The notes under the pieces are model-generated. The model saw only the letters and a program-made list of their open reading frames with translations, was not told the DNA's origin and ran no database searches. Both the position numbers and the translations under genes were made by a program. 64,000 nt of DNA from a candidate division WOR-3 bacterium (GTDB lineage: Bacteria; Hydrothermota; Tepidihabitantia; SM23-42; JAOAFX01), in NCBI GenBank assembly GCA_037444665.1, contig JBBILZ010000001.1, positions 46,869-110,868 on the forward strand, in the 5' to 3' direction. This document shows, piece after piece, positions 1 to 8,891 of this stretch. Within the stretch, counting starts at the first letter, position 1, and every line of letters starts with the position of its first letter.

Positions 1-756
1 ATTGTCCAGGGCACGGCGTTTATCCTTTGTTGAAGAGATGCTCATACCCCTCTCTGCCTCATCAAATAAGAAAATAATACCATTATAACCGATTATATTC
101 ACAAATTGGATAAAACTCCTTAGCATCCTGAAGGCAGTAGAGCGGTCTATCCTTTCTGCAATACGATGTTGCAGTTTCAATTCTCTTACTATATCCTCAC
201 CCTTTAACCACTGGACTAAAGAATAAAATCTTTCCTCATCATCAGCCGCAAGGCTCTTGAGTGCTTCTTTAATACAATTTGTATAACTTGTGCTTTCAAG
301 ATTTTTTATGAGTGAAGCAAAATCTCTATCATCGCGAACACGATAATACCATTTACGAAGCAAAGCCTCTATACCTAATTCCCAGGGGCTCAGCATCTCC
401 TGTTCTGTCAAAGGTGTGCTGATATTTGAAACAATCTTTTTATAGACCAATTCCAGCCTATCAAATGGACATTCTGTAGCGCTCAATGATACATAACTTG
501 TAATATAATTGTATTTCCAGGCAAGGTTTCTGATTGAATATAAAAAATGTGTCTTACCTCCACCATAATTGCCCGTAATCAATTTAAATGTAGAGATGCT
601 CTGCCTGCCCGGAAAATTAAAATAGTCATTTTCTAACACATTCAAATAAGGTTCAAGCCCGACTGTAAAATATTCAATGCCAAATTCAGGTGGCGTTCCA
701 AAACCACCGAGTTTATCTATTATTCTTCTTGCAATCACTTGATTTATCCTGCTCAT
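1..756 (-). CDS. DUF2791 / BrxD-like P-loop ATPase (3' end runs off the window)
   Basis: Not in the ORF track; translated by hand from ATG at 756 (SD GAGAGG): MSRINQVIARRIIDKLGGFGTPPEFGIEYFTVG...FKLITGNYGGGKTHFL (Walker A)...IIFLFDEAE (Walker B). The G-x-P-P, TVG, GxYGxGKTH and WLxGE motifs fit DUF2791. Confidence 0.8.
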   Translation of the reverse strand, partial: MSRINQVIARRIIDKLGGFGTPPEFGIEYFTVGLEPYLNVLENDYFNFPGRQSISTFKLITGNYGGGKTHFLYSIRNLAWKYNYITSYVSLSATECPFDRLELVYKKIVSNISTPLTEQEMLSPWELGIEALLRKWYYRVRDDRDFASLIKNLESTSYTNCIKEALKSLAADDEERFYSLVQWLKGEDIVRELKLQHRIAERIDRSTAFRMLRSFIQFVNIIGYNGIIFLFDEAERGMSISSTKDKRRALDN

Positions 757-769
757 ATCCTCTCAACTC

Positions 770-790
770 CTTACTACTTACTACCTACTA
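770..790 (+). repeat. CYTACTA heptamer tandem repeat x3
   Basis: cttacta cttacta cctacta; overlaps the TAG stop of the minus-strand gene at 781-783. Confidence 0.85.
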
Positions 791-1623
791 TCCTTCTCTA
801 TCGCCATATATCCATAATAAGTCCCTTCACCTTCTTCATCATCAGGTATCCAGATTGCCTGTTTTTTATCTGTGGTTGCATCAAATGTTGCAACATATAG
901 ATGAATAGATTTCTGAGTGAATTCAGATTTTTTAAAAAGATACAAAAGATAAGCAAGTTCTACCCTTGAAAATTCACGATAGTTCTCTTTCCTGGGGTCA
1001 ATAAAAAACTGCGGTGGTTGTTGTAAGAACACATACTCATCCAATACATCTACGAGAAGCACCTTTTCTCCATACGGTCGATTCAACAGGTTCAACCTTC
1101 TTTTGTATGCACTTTCAAGGTCAAGATAAAATTCCTTTGGGTCAAATTTTTTCTTTTTCAATTCTTCGTCAAATTTTTTTATAGTCTGATAGACTGTTTC
1201 CGGTTCAAGAGGGATTTTGGACTTTAATTTCTCAATCTGTGGTCCAAAATACAGGGCTGCCTCGCCAAATTCAAAGTTTAAAACAAGGGTATAAAAACCG
1301 ACTCTTAATATTGGATACTGGCCCTTTATTATTCTGTTATCCTGTTGGAAAAGTGTTTTGAGTTTTTCACCGAATGCAAAGCGAAATTCCTCTTTTGCCT
1401 TTTCAACCTCTTTCTTTTCCTGATTGAGCCAGTCAATTAACTGGTTTTTCAAATCAAATTCTGCAAGGCTATTCGCAATTTTTAAGAGTTCAGAAACTCT
1501 TTTCTCCATAATATAGGCATTATCTACTGGACTCTCTTTTAATTTCGCATAGTCGTTTATCAATTTTGTTATTTTACCTGCTGCCTTTATCAATCCCTTG
1601 AATCCTTCTACAATCTCTTTCAT
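781..1623 (-). CDS. hypothetical protein with N-terminal coiled coil, co-transcribed with the DUF2791 ATPase
   Basis: Long ORF; likely start is ATG 1623 (MKEIVEGFK), just downstream of a TTGACA/TATTAT promoter; 24 nt from the ATPase start. Confidence 0.75.
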   Translation of the reverse strand: MKEIVEGFKGLIKAAGKITKLINDYAKLKESPVDNAYIMEKRVSELLKIANSLAEFDLKNQLIDWLNQEKKEVEKAKEEFRFAFGEKLKTLFQQDNRIIKGQYPILRVGFYTLVLNFEFGEAALYFGPQIEKLKSKIPLEPETVYQTIKKFDEELKKKKFDPKEFYLDLESAYKRRLNLLNRPYGEKVLLVDVLDEYVFLQQPPQFFIDPRKENYREFSRVELAYLLYLFKKSEFTQKSIHLYVATFDATTDKKQAIWIPDDEEGEGTYYGYMAIEKDSR

Positions 1624-1709
1624 TAGCAGCAATATAATAACCAAAAATATACCCGATGTCAATAAGTTTTTGGGAAAACAATCCTACTTTATCAAAGTTT
1701 TTTCAATCA

Positions 1710-1737
1710 TTGACTTATTAAAATTTCTGGTTAAAAT
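1710..1737 (+). promoter_or_regulatory. sigma70-type promoter of the cyclase-STAND-TPR locus
   Basis: TTGACT-N16-TAAAAT. Confidence 0.6.
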
Positions 1738-1753
1738 GGATTGCAAGGTTATT

Positions 1754-4463
1754 ATGCAAACAAGCGAAAAGAGAACGAATAATCTATTCAACAGCAAGTT
1801 TTTTACCAAGGCAGATTGTAAAATCCAGAATCTCAGAAGAGAAAATTAAACCTTTTGAGACTATCAATGCAACACTCCTTTTTGCAGATATATCTGGATT
1901 CACGGCAATGAGTGAAAAACTTGCCCGCTTAGGCAAAGAAGGGGCAGAAGAAGTAAACAAGATAATCAACTCCTTTTTTGCTCCACTCATCAGTGTCGTG
2001 TATAAGTGGGATGGAGATATTTATCGGTTTGGTGGCGATGCTTTCTTAGCATTCTTCCCTGAAATGCCGGCAAAAGAGTTATCAAGCAAAAGGGCACTGA
2101 AAGCGGGTATTGAGATTTCAAAATTTGTTAAAGCCCATGAAATAACAAAGACCAAAGTAGGCTCATTCAAAATCAAAATCCATATCGGGTTGACAAAAGG
2201 CAAGATCTATTTTCAGGACCTGAAAAATAATTTCTTTCTTGGTGGCAGGATAGTAAATGATTTAATGAAAATGATTGACCTTGCTGGTCCTGGTCAGATT
2301 GTTGTCAGCTCTGATGTTAAAAAAGAACTACCTGAAGTAAGTTTTACACCAAAAGAGGATACCTGGCAATATCTCGGAATGAAAATGAAACCGGCTAAAA
2401 CACAGACAGAAATTAGTAAATTCTCCCCTAAAATATCTGATGATAAATTTACTACACTAAAAAATTATATTCCTGATTGGTTACTTAAAAGGATTGAATT
2501 GAAACCACATTTTGACCACAAGGATGGAGAACATAGAAAGATTGCGGTCATCTTTTTGCATTTTGCCGGTATCCCCTATGATAAAAATCCTAAACAGGCG
2601 AGCGCAATGCTGGAGAGATTGTATAAAATTGTGAGCCAGTCAGTAGAAAAATACGACGGCTGGATAAATGCAATTGATATCTATAAAGACAGCGAAAGAT
2701 TTCTTGTGGTCTTTGGTTTTCCCAAAATTTATGAAGATGATGAAAAGAGGGCTGTTCTTTTTGCCTATGAAATTCTGAACCATCCTGAATTAAAACGGTT
2801 GCATTTGAGGGCAGGGATAAACTCGGGTTCAGTCTTTGCCGCACCCGTAGGCAGTGAATTGAGGCGTGAATATGCAACATTGGGTGATGCAGTAAATCTT
2901 GCAGCAAGGCTTGCTGCCAAAGCACAGAACCAAACAATTGTAGCAAGCGAACCCATATTTAATAAAACATTTGGACTCTTTGATTATGAATTTTTAGGTG
3001 AACAGGAATTTAAAGGGAAAAAGAAAAAGATTAAGACATATAAGATAATCAGAAAAAAACAGATTGAAAAGAAGGCACTGACAAGATGGCTCTCTGAAAG
3101 TGAAAAGATTGTTGGTAGAGATAAAGAAATTAAAAAGATGCAAAACCTTGTCAGTTTATGTTCTACGGGAAAGGGACAGATTCTCGGAATTACTGGTGAG
3201 CCCGGGGTCGGAAAATCAAGACTGGTTCAGGAACTTATTAAATTTACAGAAAAGGCAGGATACTATATTGTTAAAGGTGATTGCATTTCCTATGGCAGTG
3301 CCTTTTCATACCATCCCTGGGTAGAAATTTTAGAACAATTTTTTGATATTTCATCCAGCGATTCCTTAAAAATACGCACTAATAAAATAAAAGAGAAGTG
3401 CATCAGTGTTGATAAAAAACTTACTCAGTGGCTGCCAGTAATTGGCGAGGTTATGGGTGTTCCATTCTTAGAAACATCACTCACAAAATACTTAGATGCC
3501 AAGATAAAAAAACAGCGTGTTTTTGATATTATCTTTGACTTCTTGAAATTTGTTGCCCGGACCAAACCAGTAAATGTAATTATTGAAGACCTGCACTGGG
3601 CTGATACTGCTTCAATGGAACTTGTGAATTATATTGGTAGAAACATTGAGGATAAACAGATACTTTTAACACTGGTCTATCGTCCATTAAAGAAAAAAGA
3701 AGAATTTATGGAGAAGGGCTGGACAACTGAATTGAGTTTAAAAGAACTTTCAAAAGAAGAGAGTATTGAGCTCGTTCAACTTTTACTCAATATCAAAAAT
3801 ATCCCTGATGACCTGAAAAAAATTATTATTGAAAAATCACAGGGGAACCCTTTTTATATTGAAGAACTCGTAAAATCACTGATTGAGCAGGGCTATGTGA
3901 TTGAAGAAAAAGGAACATGGAAATTTAAGGGTGATATAAAGAAACTTCAATTACCTGATACACTTGAGGCGGTTATCTTATCAAGGATTGACCGACTTGA
4001 CCTGGAAGACCGTGATGTATTGCAGACCGCTTCAGTCCTGGGCAGGGAGTTTGATGAATTCTTGCTTGAACAAATATTCCCTGCGCCACAACTATTAAAA
4101 AAATCCCTTCATAATCTTGAGCGCCTTGATTTGATAAAACAGGAAGACAGCAAAGGAAAAAGGCATTACTTTTTCAAACATATCCTCACCCAGGAGGTTG
4201 CATATGGTACCCTGTCTTTTGCCCGCAAACAAGAACTCCATCGCCAGACCGGCAGATTTATAGAGACTGAACTTAAAGACCGAAAAGAAGAATTTCTGGG
4301 TCTGCTCTCTTACCACTTCTATGCGGGTGGAGATTATGATAAATCTCTGCTCTATTCAGTTGAAGCAGGTGAAAAGGCAAAAAAGGTCTATGCCAATGAA
4401 GAGGCAATAGAATTCTTCACCCGGGCAATTGATTCATACGAAAGATTGGAAGGAAAGATATAG
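1754..4463 (+). CDS. twin class III nucleotide cyclase + STAND (AAA_16) ATPase, soluble-adenylyl-cyclase-like, without fused TPR array; 5' end uncertain
   Basis: Frame is open from 1722 and encodes LLFADISGFT upstream of ATG 1908. Also FGGDA, second domain GDAVNLAARL, Walker A GEPGVGKSR, Walker B IIEDLHWAD, GNPFY and FKHILTQEVAY. ATG 1754 is out of frame by 1 nt. Confidence 0.9.
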
Positions 4464-4524
4464 ATTGCGGACACAAGATTATCTGACAGAAGATAAATGT
4501 AGTTCAGTTAGACAAAGTGAACAA

Positions 4525-5592
4525 GTGAAAAGTATTCGCCAAAATCTATTAATAAAAGCCCTCAGAGGCAGAGCAGAGATTAATTATTTAACAGGAAAAA
4601 TTGACGAAGGCATAAGAGATTATACACAGATACTCCAAGAATATGGTGAGAAGAATAGAGACGGAAATTTTTTTACAATGTTGGATACGATGATTCATAT
4701 TGCTAATCTTCTGGCGGTTGGAAAGAGTGATTTTTCAGGGGCACAAACACTGATAAAAAAAGCATTTAAAAAATTGGGCAAAAAAATGAATACCCGTACC
4801 TATGCCCGTGGTCTAAATTGTCTGGGTATAATTTTTAGGCGCCAAAGTAAATATGTTCAAGCACTAAGTCATTTCAGAAAAGCCTTACGCATATATCAGA
4901 CTTTAAAAGAAAAAGAAGGTATCGCCGGTGTTTACTCTAACATTGCGCTTACCTATTTTAACAAAGGTAATCTTGATATTGCACTGAAATATTATAAAAA
5001 ATGCTTCATTCTATGCCGAGATTCAAATGACCTGCCGACCATAGGAACAACCCTGGGCAATATCGGCCTTGTTTATCAGGAAAAGCGTCAATATGATAAT
5101 GCTTTAAAGTACTATAAAGATTATTATGCACTGTCTCTAAAATCAGGCCATAAATTGGGTGTCAGTATTGCTTTAAGAGACATTGGCGCAATTTATGAAA
5201 AAAAATGTTTTTATGATAGGGCATTAGAATATTACAAGAAATCTCTTACTATAGCCGAAGAGATAAATGCACAAAGAGAAATCGGCATTGTTTCCGGACT
5301 CATTGGCTTCACATATAAAGAGCAGGGAGACTTTACCAATGCACTAAAATATTTGACCAGGGCGCTATCTATATTTGAAAAAATCTCTGATAAAAAACGG
5401 TTGGGTTTTGCTTTTATGCATTTAGGGATGGTCTATAGCGAACTCAAAAAATTTGAGGTAGCAAAACAGTATCTCAATCAGGCTCAAAAAATTTTTGAAG
5501 ATATCGGTGATAAAATATCTCTGTCCCGTGTTTTTACCTTGCTCTCAAAATTGGAGACCACACAGGGGAACGATAGTTACAATGAAAGATAA
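4525..5592 (+). CDS. TPR cassette 1 (TPR_12-like repeats), truncated by an in-frame TAA
   Basis: Repeated xNIGxVYxxxGxYDxALxYYKK units; likely GTG start at 4525 by homology with the N-termini of cassettes 2 and 3. Confidence 0.85.
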   Translation: MKSIRQNLLIKALRGRAEINYLTGKIDEGIRDYTQILQEYGEKNRDGNFFTMLDTMIHIANLLAVGKSDFSGAQTLIKKAFKKLGKKMNTRTYARGLNCLGIIFRRQSKYVQALSHFRKALRIYQTLKEKEGIAGVYSNIALTYFNKGNLDIALKYYKKCFILCRDSNDLPTIGTTLGNIGLVYQEKRQYDNALKYYKDYYALSLKSGHKLGVSIALRDIGAIYEKKCFYDRALEYYKKSLTIAEEINAQREIGIVSGLIGFTYKEQGDFTNALKYLTRALSIFEKISDKKRLGFAFMHLGMVYSELKKFEVAKQYLNQAQKIFEDIGDKISLSRVFTLLSKLETTQGNDSYNER

Positions 5593-5823
5593 ATATTTTT
5601 CTCAACAATCTTGAAGACTCGTGTGAGACTTGAATATGCAAAATCTCTTTACGAACTTGGGAAAGTATACCTAACTTGTCGTGAAACGTGGAACGTGAAA
5701 GGTAAAACGGCGAAAAAGGCGTTACAATATTTAAAAGAAGCAGAAAAGATTTTCAAAAAAGCAGGTGCTGAATTGTGGTTGAAGAAAACCAGCGACTTAA
5801 TAAATCAATTACCCAATTATTAA
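5593..5823 (+). pseudogene. detached C-terminal piece of TPR cassette 1
   Basis: Same frame as cassette 1 after TAA 5590-5592; AKSLYELGKVY...YLKEA...IFKKAGAELWLKK matches the C-terminus of cassette 3. Confidence 0.7.
5637..5787 (+). repeat. 151-bp direct repeat, copy 1 (copy 2 at 8563-8713)
   Basis: Ungapped hand alignment, about 17 mismatches. Confidence 0.9.
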
Positions 5824-7287
5824 ATGAAGGTGGATGCAAGAAGAGACCTTTTATTACGTGCATTAGAAGGAAAGGGTGCGGTTTTAATGTTGATTGGAAA
5901 ATTTGATGCAGCTGCGAGCCTTTATCATCAATTGGCAAATAAGGGGCAGGATAATCCACTGATCGTAGCAAGGGCAGAAAGATCAATTGCTGATGTTTAC
6001 CTGAAACAGGGCAAATACGATGAAGCTCTAAAAATTCTTGAAGGCAAAAAAGAAAATATCATCGGTGATTCAGAAAGTGGAGCAATTGAAAAGGCGTTAA
6101 TTCATATATCTAAAGGTGGGGTTTACAGGTATAAAGGAGAATTAAGAAAAGCAACTAAAGAAATAAACAATGGATTAAAAATCTTATCTTTTATTCACAA
6201 AGAAACTAAGTTAAAAAAGAGATTTATTATCAAAAAAGCGCAGGCAACCGCCTTCAATAACCTGGCTTCAATTTCTCTGCTTAAAGGTAATTATAAAAAA
6301 GCAATAAAATTGTATAACAAATCATTGAAAATAATAAAAGATTTAAACGAAAAACAGGCAATTGGAACAACAAACGGTAATCTGGGCCTAATTTTTTTGG
6401 ATAAAGGCGAATATTCAAAGGCAATTAATCTATTTATGAACCATATAAAAATATCAAAAATGATTGGTGATAAACGAGGCCTTAGTTTGGCAATTGGGAA
6501 TTTAGGTTTGGTCTATGAAAATATGGGCAATTATAATAAGGCGATTGGGTTATTTACCAGATATCTTAAAATCGCTCAAGAGTTAGGAGATGAGCGTGGG
6601 ATAGGGACTGCCTGTGGTAATTTAGGGCTGGCGTATAGAGACAAACAACAATATTCTGAAGCAATTAAATTTCTCTTAAAAGATTTGGTCATTTCCGAAA
6701 AAATAGGCGACAGATACGGTTCCGGTATCTCTTGCTTAAATCTGGCTTTTGCTTATCTGGAAAAAGATAGTTTTAATGATGCAAAAAAATATTTATTCAG
6801 ATCATTTAAAATATTTAAGAATATGGGTGATACATTTGATATGATTTATGTTAATCTGGGTTTAGCACTGTTAGGTTTATTGAAAATTAAAATGGGAACT
6901 GCGTCGCGACTTAGTATTGGGAAAACATTAAAATTTATTAAAAACGCACTAAAAACTGCAAAGGAGATGAATTCTAAAACAGCAATAGCAGATTGTTATT
7001 TTATATTTGCAAAAGCATATGTAGCCATTTCCAACTTCAAAAATGCTCAAATATATTTTAAAAAAGCCATCAAATATTTCAATAATCTGAAGTCAAAAAG
7101 GATGCTCGCTGATTCATACTTTGAATACGCAAAAATGCTAAAAAACTGGGAATCACCGAGACTTGAAGGTACCAGGAAATTTGAACAAAATTTAAAAAGG
7201 GCATTAAAGATATATAATGAATTAAGCTTGCCACAAAAAATCAAAGAAGTAAAAAAAGTAATGGAACAAAACTTTGCTAATGATTAA
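5824..7287 (+). CDS. TPR cassette 2
   Basis: Multiple GNLGLVYxxxGxYxKAI repeats; N-terminus RRDLLLRALEGKG. Confidence 0.9.
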   Translation: MKVDARRDLLLRALEGKGAVLMLIGKFDAAASLYHQLANKGQDNPLIVARAERSIADVYLKQGKYDEALKILEGKKENIIGDSESGAIEKALIHISKGGVYRYKGELRKATKEINNGLKILSFIHKETKLKKRFIIKKAQATAFNNLASISLLKGNYKKAIKLYNKSLKIIKDLNEKQAIGTTNGNLGLIFLDKGEYSKAINLFMNHIKISKMIGDKRGLSLAIGNLGLVYENMGNYNKAIGLFTRYLKIAQELGDERGIGTACGNLGLAYRDKQQYSEAIKFLLKDLVISEKIGDRYGSGISCLNLAFAYLEKDSFNDAKKYLFRSFKIFKNMGDTFDMIYVNLGLALLGLLKIKMGTASRLSIGKTLKFIKNALKTAKEMNSKTAIADCYFIFAKAYVAISNFKNAQIYFKKAIKYFNNLKSKRMLADSYFEYAKMLKNWESPRLEGTRKFEQNLKRALKIYNELSLPQKIKEVKKVMEQNFAND

Positions 7288-8734
7288 AACCGGAAATTTA
7301 AGAAAACAGTTGCTAATCGACGCATTAGAAGGAAGAGCCAATGTATATAGACTTATAGGCGAATACGATGAAGCAATACAAGACTATCAGAAGGCTATAT
7401 TCTGGTGTAAAAAGGGAACAAAACCAGACTCCCTTTTAATAGCAAATCTAATAATTCACCTTGCTGACATCTTTCGAGAAGGCAAAAATGATTATGATAA
7501 GTCAGCGATGCTTATTAAAAAATTATTTAACAGGATGAGTAAAAAAAATAAAAATGCGCTTTATCCACTCGGTTTAAATATCCTTGGTATTATTCTCACC
7601 CACAGAGGAAGGTATAAACAAGCACTGGAATATCATAAAAAGGCACTCAGTATTAATAAAAAATTAAAGGACAAAACAGAAACAGGGAAAACATATTTGG
7701 TTATTGGAGACATTTATTATTATACAGGTGACTTCACAAATGCATTGAAATACTACAAAAAATCGGCTACAATATTAAAAACAACAGGCAATAAAACCAA
7801 TCTTGATATAGCTTATAATAATATCGGTTCTATTTATTATGACCAGGGTAAATCTTTTATGGCGTTAAAATATTACAAAAGATCTCTTAACATATCTGAA
7901 AAGATAGAATCCAAACTTGATATTGGCGTTACTTGTGGCAATATTGGAACAGTATATCATAGTATAGGCAACCTTGATATTGCCTTGAAATATTATGAGA
8001 AATCTATTAACATATTAAAGCAGATTGATTATAAAATAGGAATTACCACAGGTTACAACAACCTTGGTGCTGCATATTACGATAAAGGTAGATTCCATAC
8101 CGCATTGAGATACTATAGAAAATCTTTAAGTACATTTCAGGAGATAGGTTATTATTTGGGGATTGGACTCGTTTATTTGAAGATGGGTCAGGCTTATACA
8201 GGATTAAGAAATTTCAGCCGAGCGGATAAATATCTTAAATTAGCAGAAAAAATATTTATGGGGAATCCCAATAAAAAAATTCTATCAAAAATTTATATAG
8301 GTTTCTCGGAATTATACTACGGAAAAAAAGATTACGAAGGTGCATTTAAACATGCAAACAAGGCACTCTCTTTAACAAGAGAAACAAAAATAATAGAACA
8401 GAAGATTTCGGCATTAAGACTAATGGGGAAGGCAATAAAGTGCCTGACGCATAATACAGGGCACACGATGCAGGATAAAGCAATACCATCCACTAAAAAA
8501 GCGATTTCTTATCTTGAAGAATCAATTGCCCTTGCGCGGAGATACAATATGAAACTGGAACTTGCAAAATCTCTTTACGAACTTGGGAAAGTATATTTAC
8601 CTTCTCGTGAAACGGAAAATGCGAAAGGCGAAACGGAGAAAAAGGCGTTACGATATTTAAAAGAAGCAGCAGAAATTTTCAAAAAAGCAGGTGCTGAATT
8701 GTGGTTAAAGAAAGTAAAAAACTTAATCGCTTAA
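7274..8734 (+). CDS. TPR cassette 3
   Basis: NNIGSIYYDQG / GNIGTVYHSIG repeats; N-terminus RKQLLIDALEGRA; probable ATG at 7280. Confidence 0.9.
   Translation: MLMIKTGNLRKQLLIDALEGRANVYRLIGEYDEAIQDYQKAIFWCKKGTKPDSLLIANLIIHLADIFREGKNDYDKSAMLIKKLFNRMSKKNKNALYPLGLNILGIILTHRGRYKQALEYHKKALSINKKLKDKTETGKTYLVIGDIYYYTGDFTNALKYYKKSATILKTTGNKTNLDIAYNNIGSIYYDQGKSFMALKYYKRSLNISEKIESKLDIGVTCGNIGTVYHSIGNLDIALKYYEKSINILKQIDYKIGITTGYNNLGAAYYDKGRFHTALRYYRKSLSTFQEIGYYLGIGLVYLKMGQAYTGLRNFSRADKYLKLAEKIFMGNPNKKILSKIYIGFSELYYGKKDYEGAFKHANKALSLTRETKIIEQKISALRLMGKAIKCLTHNTGHTMQDKAIPSTKKAISYLEESIALARRYNMKLELAKSLYELGKVYLPSRETENAKGETEKKALRYLKEAAEIFKKAGAELWLKKVKNLIA
8563..8713 (+). repeat. 151-bp direct repeat, copy 2
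   Basis: Matches 5637-5787. Confidence 0.9.
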
Positions 8735-8828
8735 TTATTATCAGAAACCCAGTAATAAATAAACTAAAATATATAAAAAGTAAAATGATATTCATACAGA
8801 ATAGAGTTAAGCTTAATTCTTTACATTA

Positions 8829-8856
8829 TTGACATAGCGAATTTAATCTATATAAT
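8829..8856 (+). promoter_or_regulatory. sigma70-type promoter of fbp
   Basis: TTGACA-N16-TATAAT; SD AAGGAGG before ATG 8892. Confidence 0.8.
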
Positions 8857-8891
8857 AATTTATTATATCTAATAAGTGTTAAGGAGGCATA

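Noticed and set aside
4429..4524. Programmed +1 frameshift fusing the ATPase to TPR cassette 1
   Set aside because: The overlapping frame is open, but no clear slippery site is seen and all three cassettes have equivalent independent N-termini. Not fully excluded.
5590..5823. Stop-codon reassignment explaining in-frame TAA codons
   Set aside because: TAA, TAG and TGA all end conserved genes at their expected positions elsewhere in the window.
5637..8713. 151-bp repeat pair as a diversity-generating retroelement TR/VR
   Set aside because: Mismatches are not adenine-specific (several C/T, G/C and T/G) and no reverse transcriptase is in the window.
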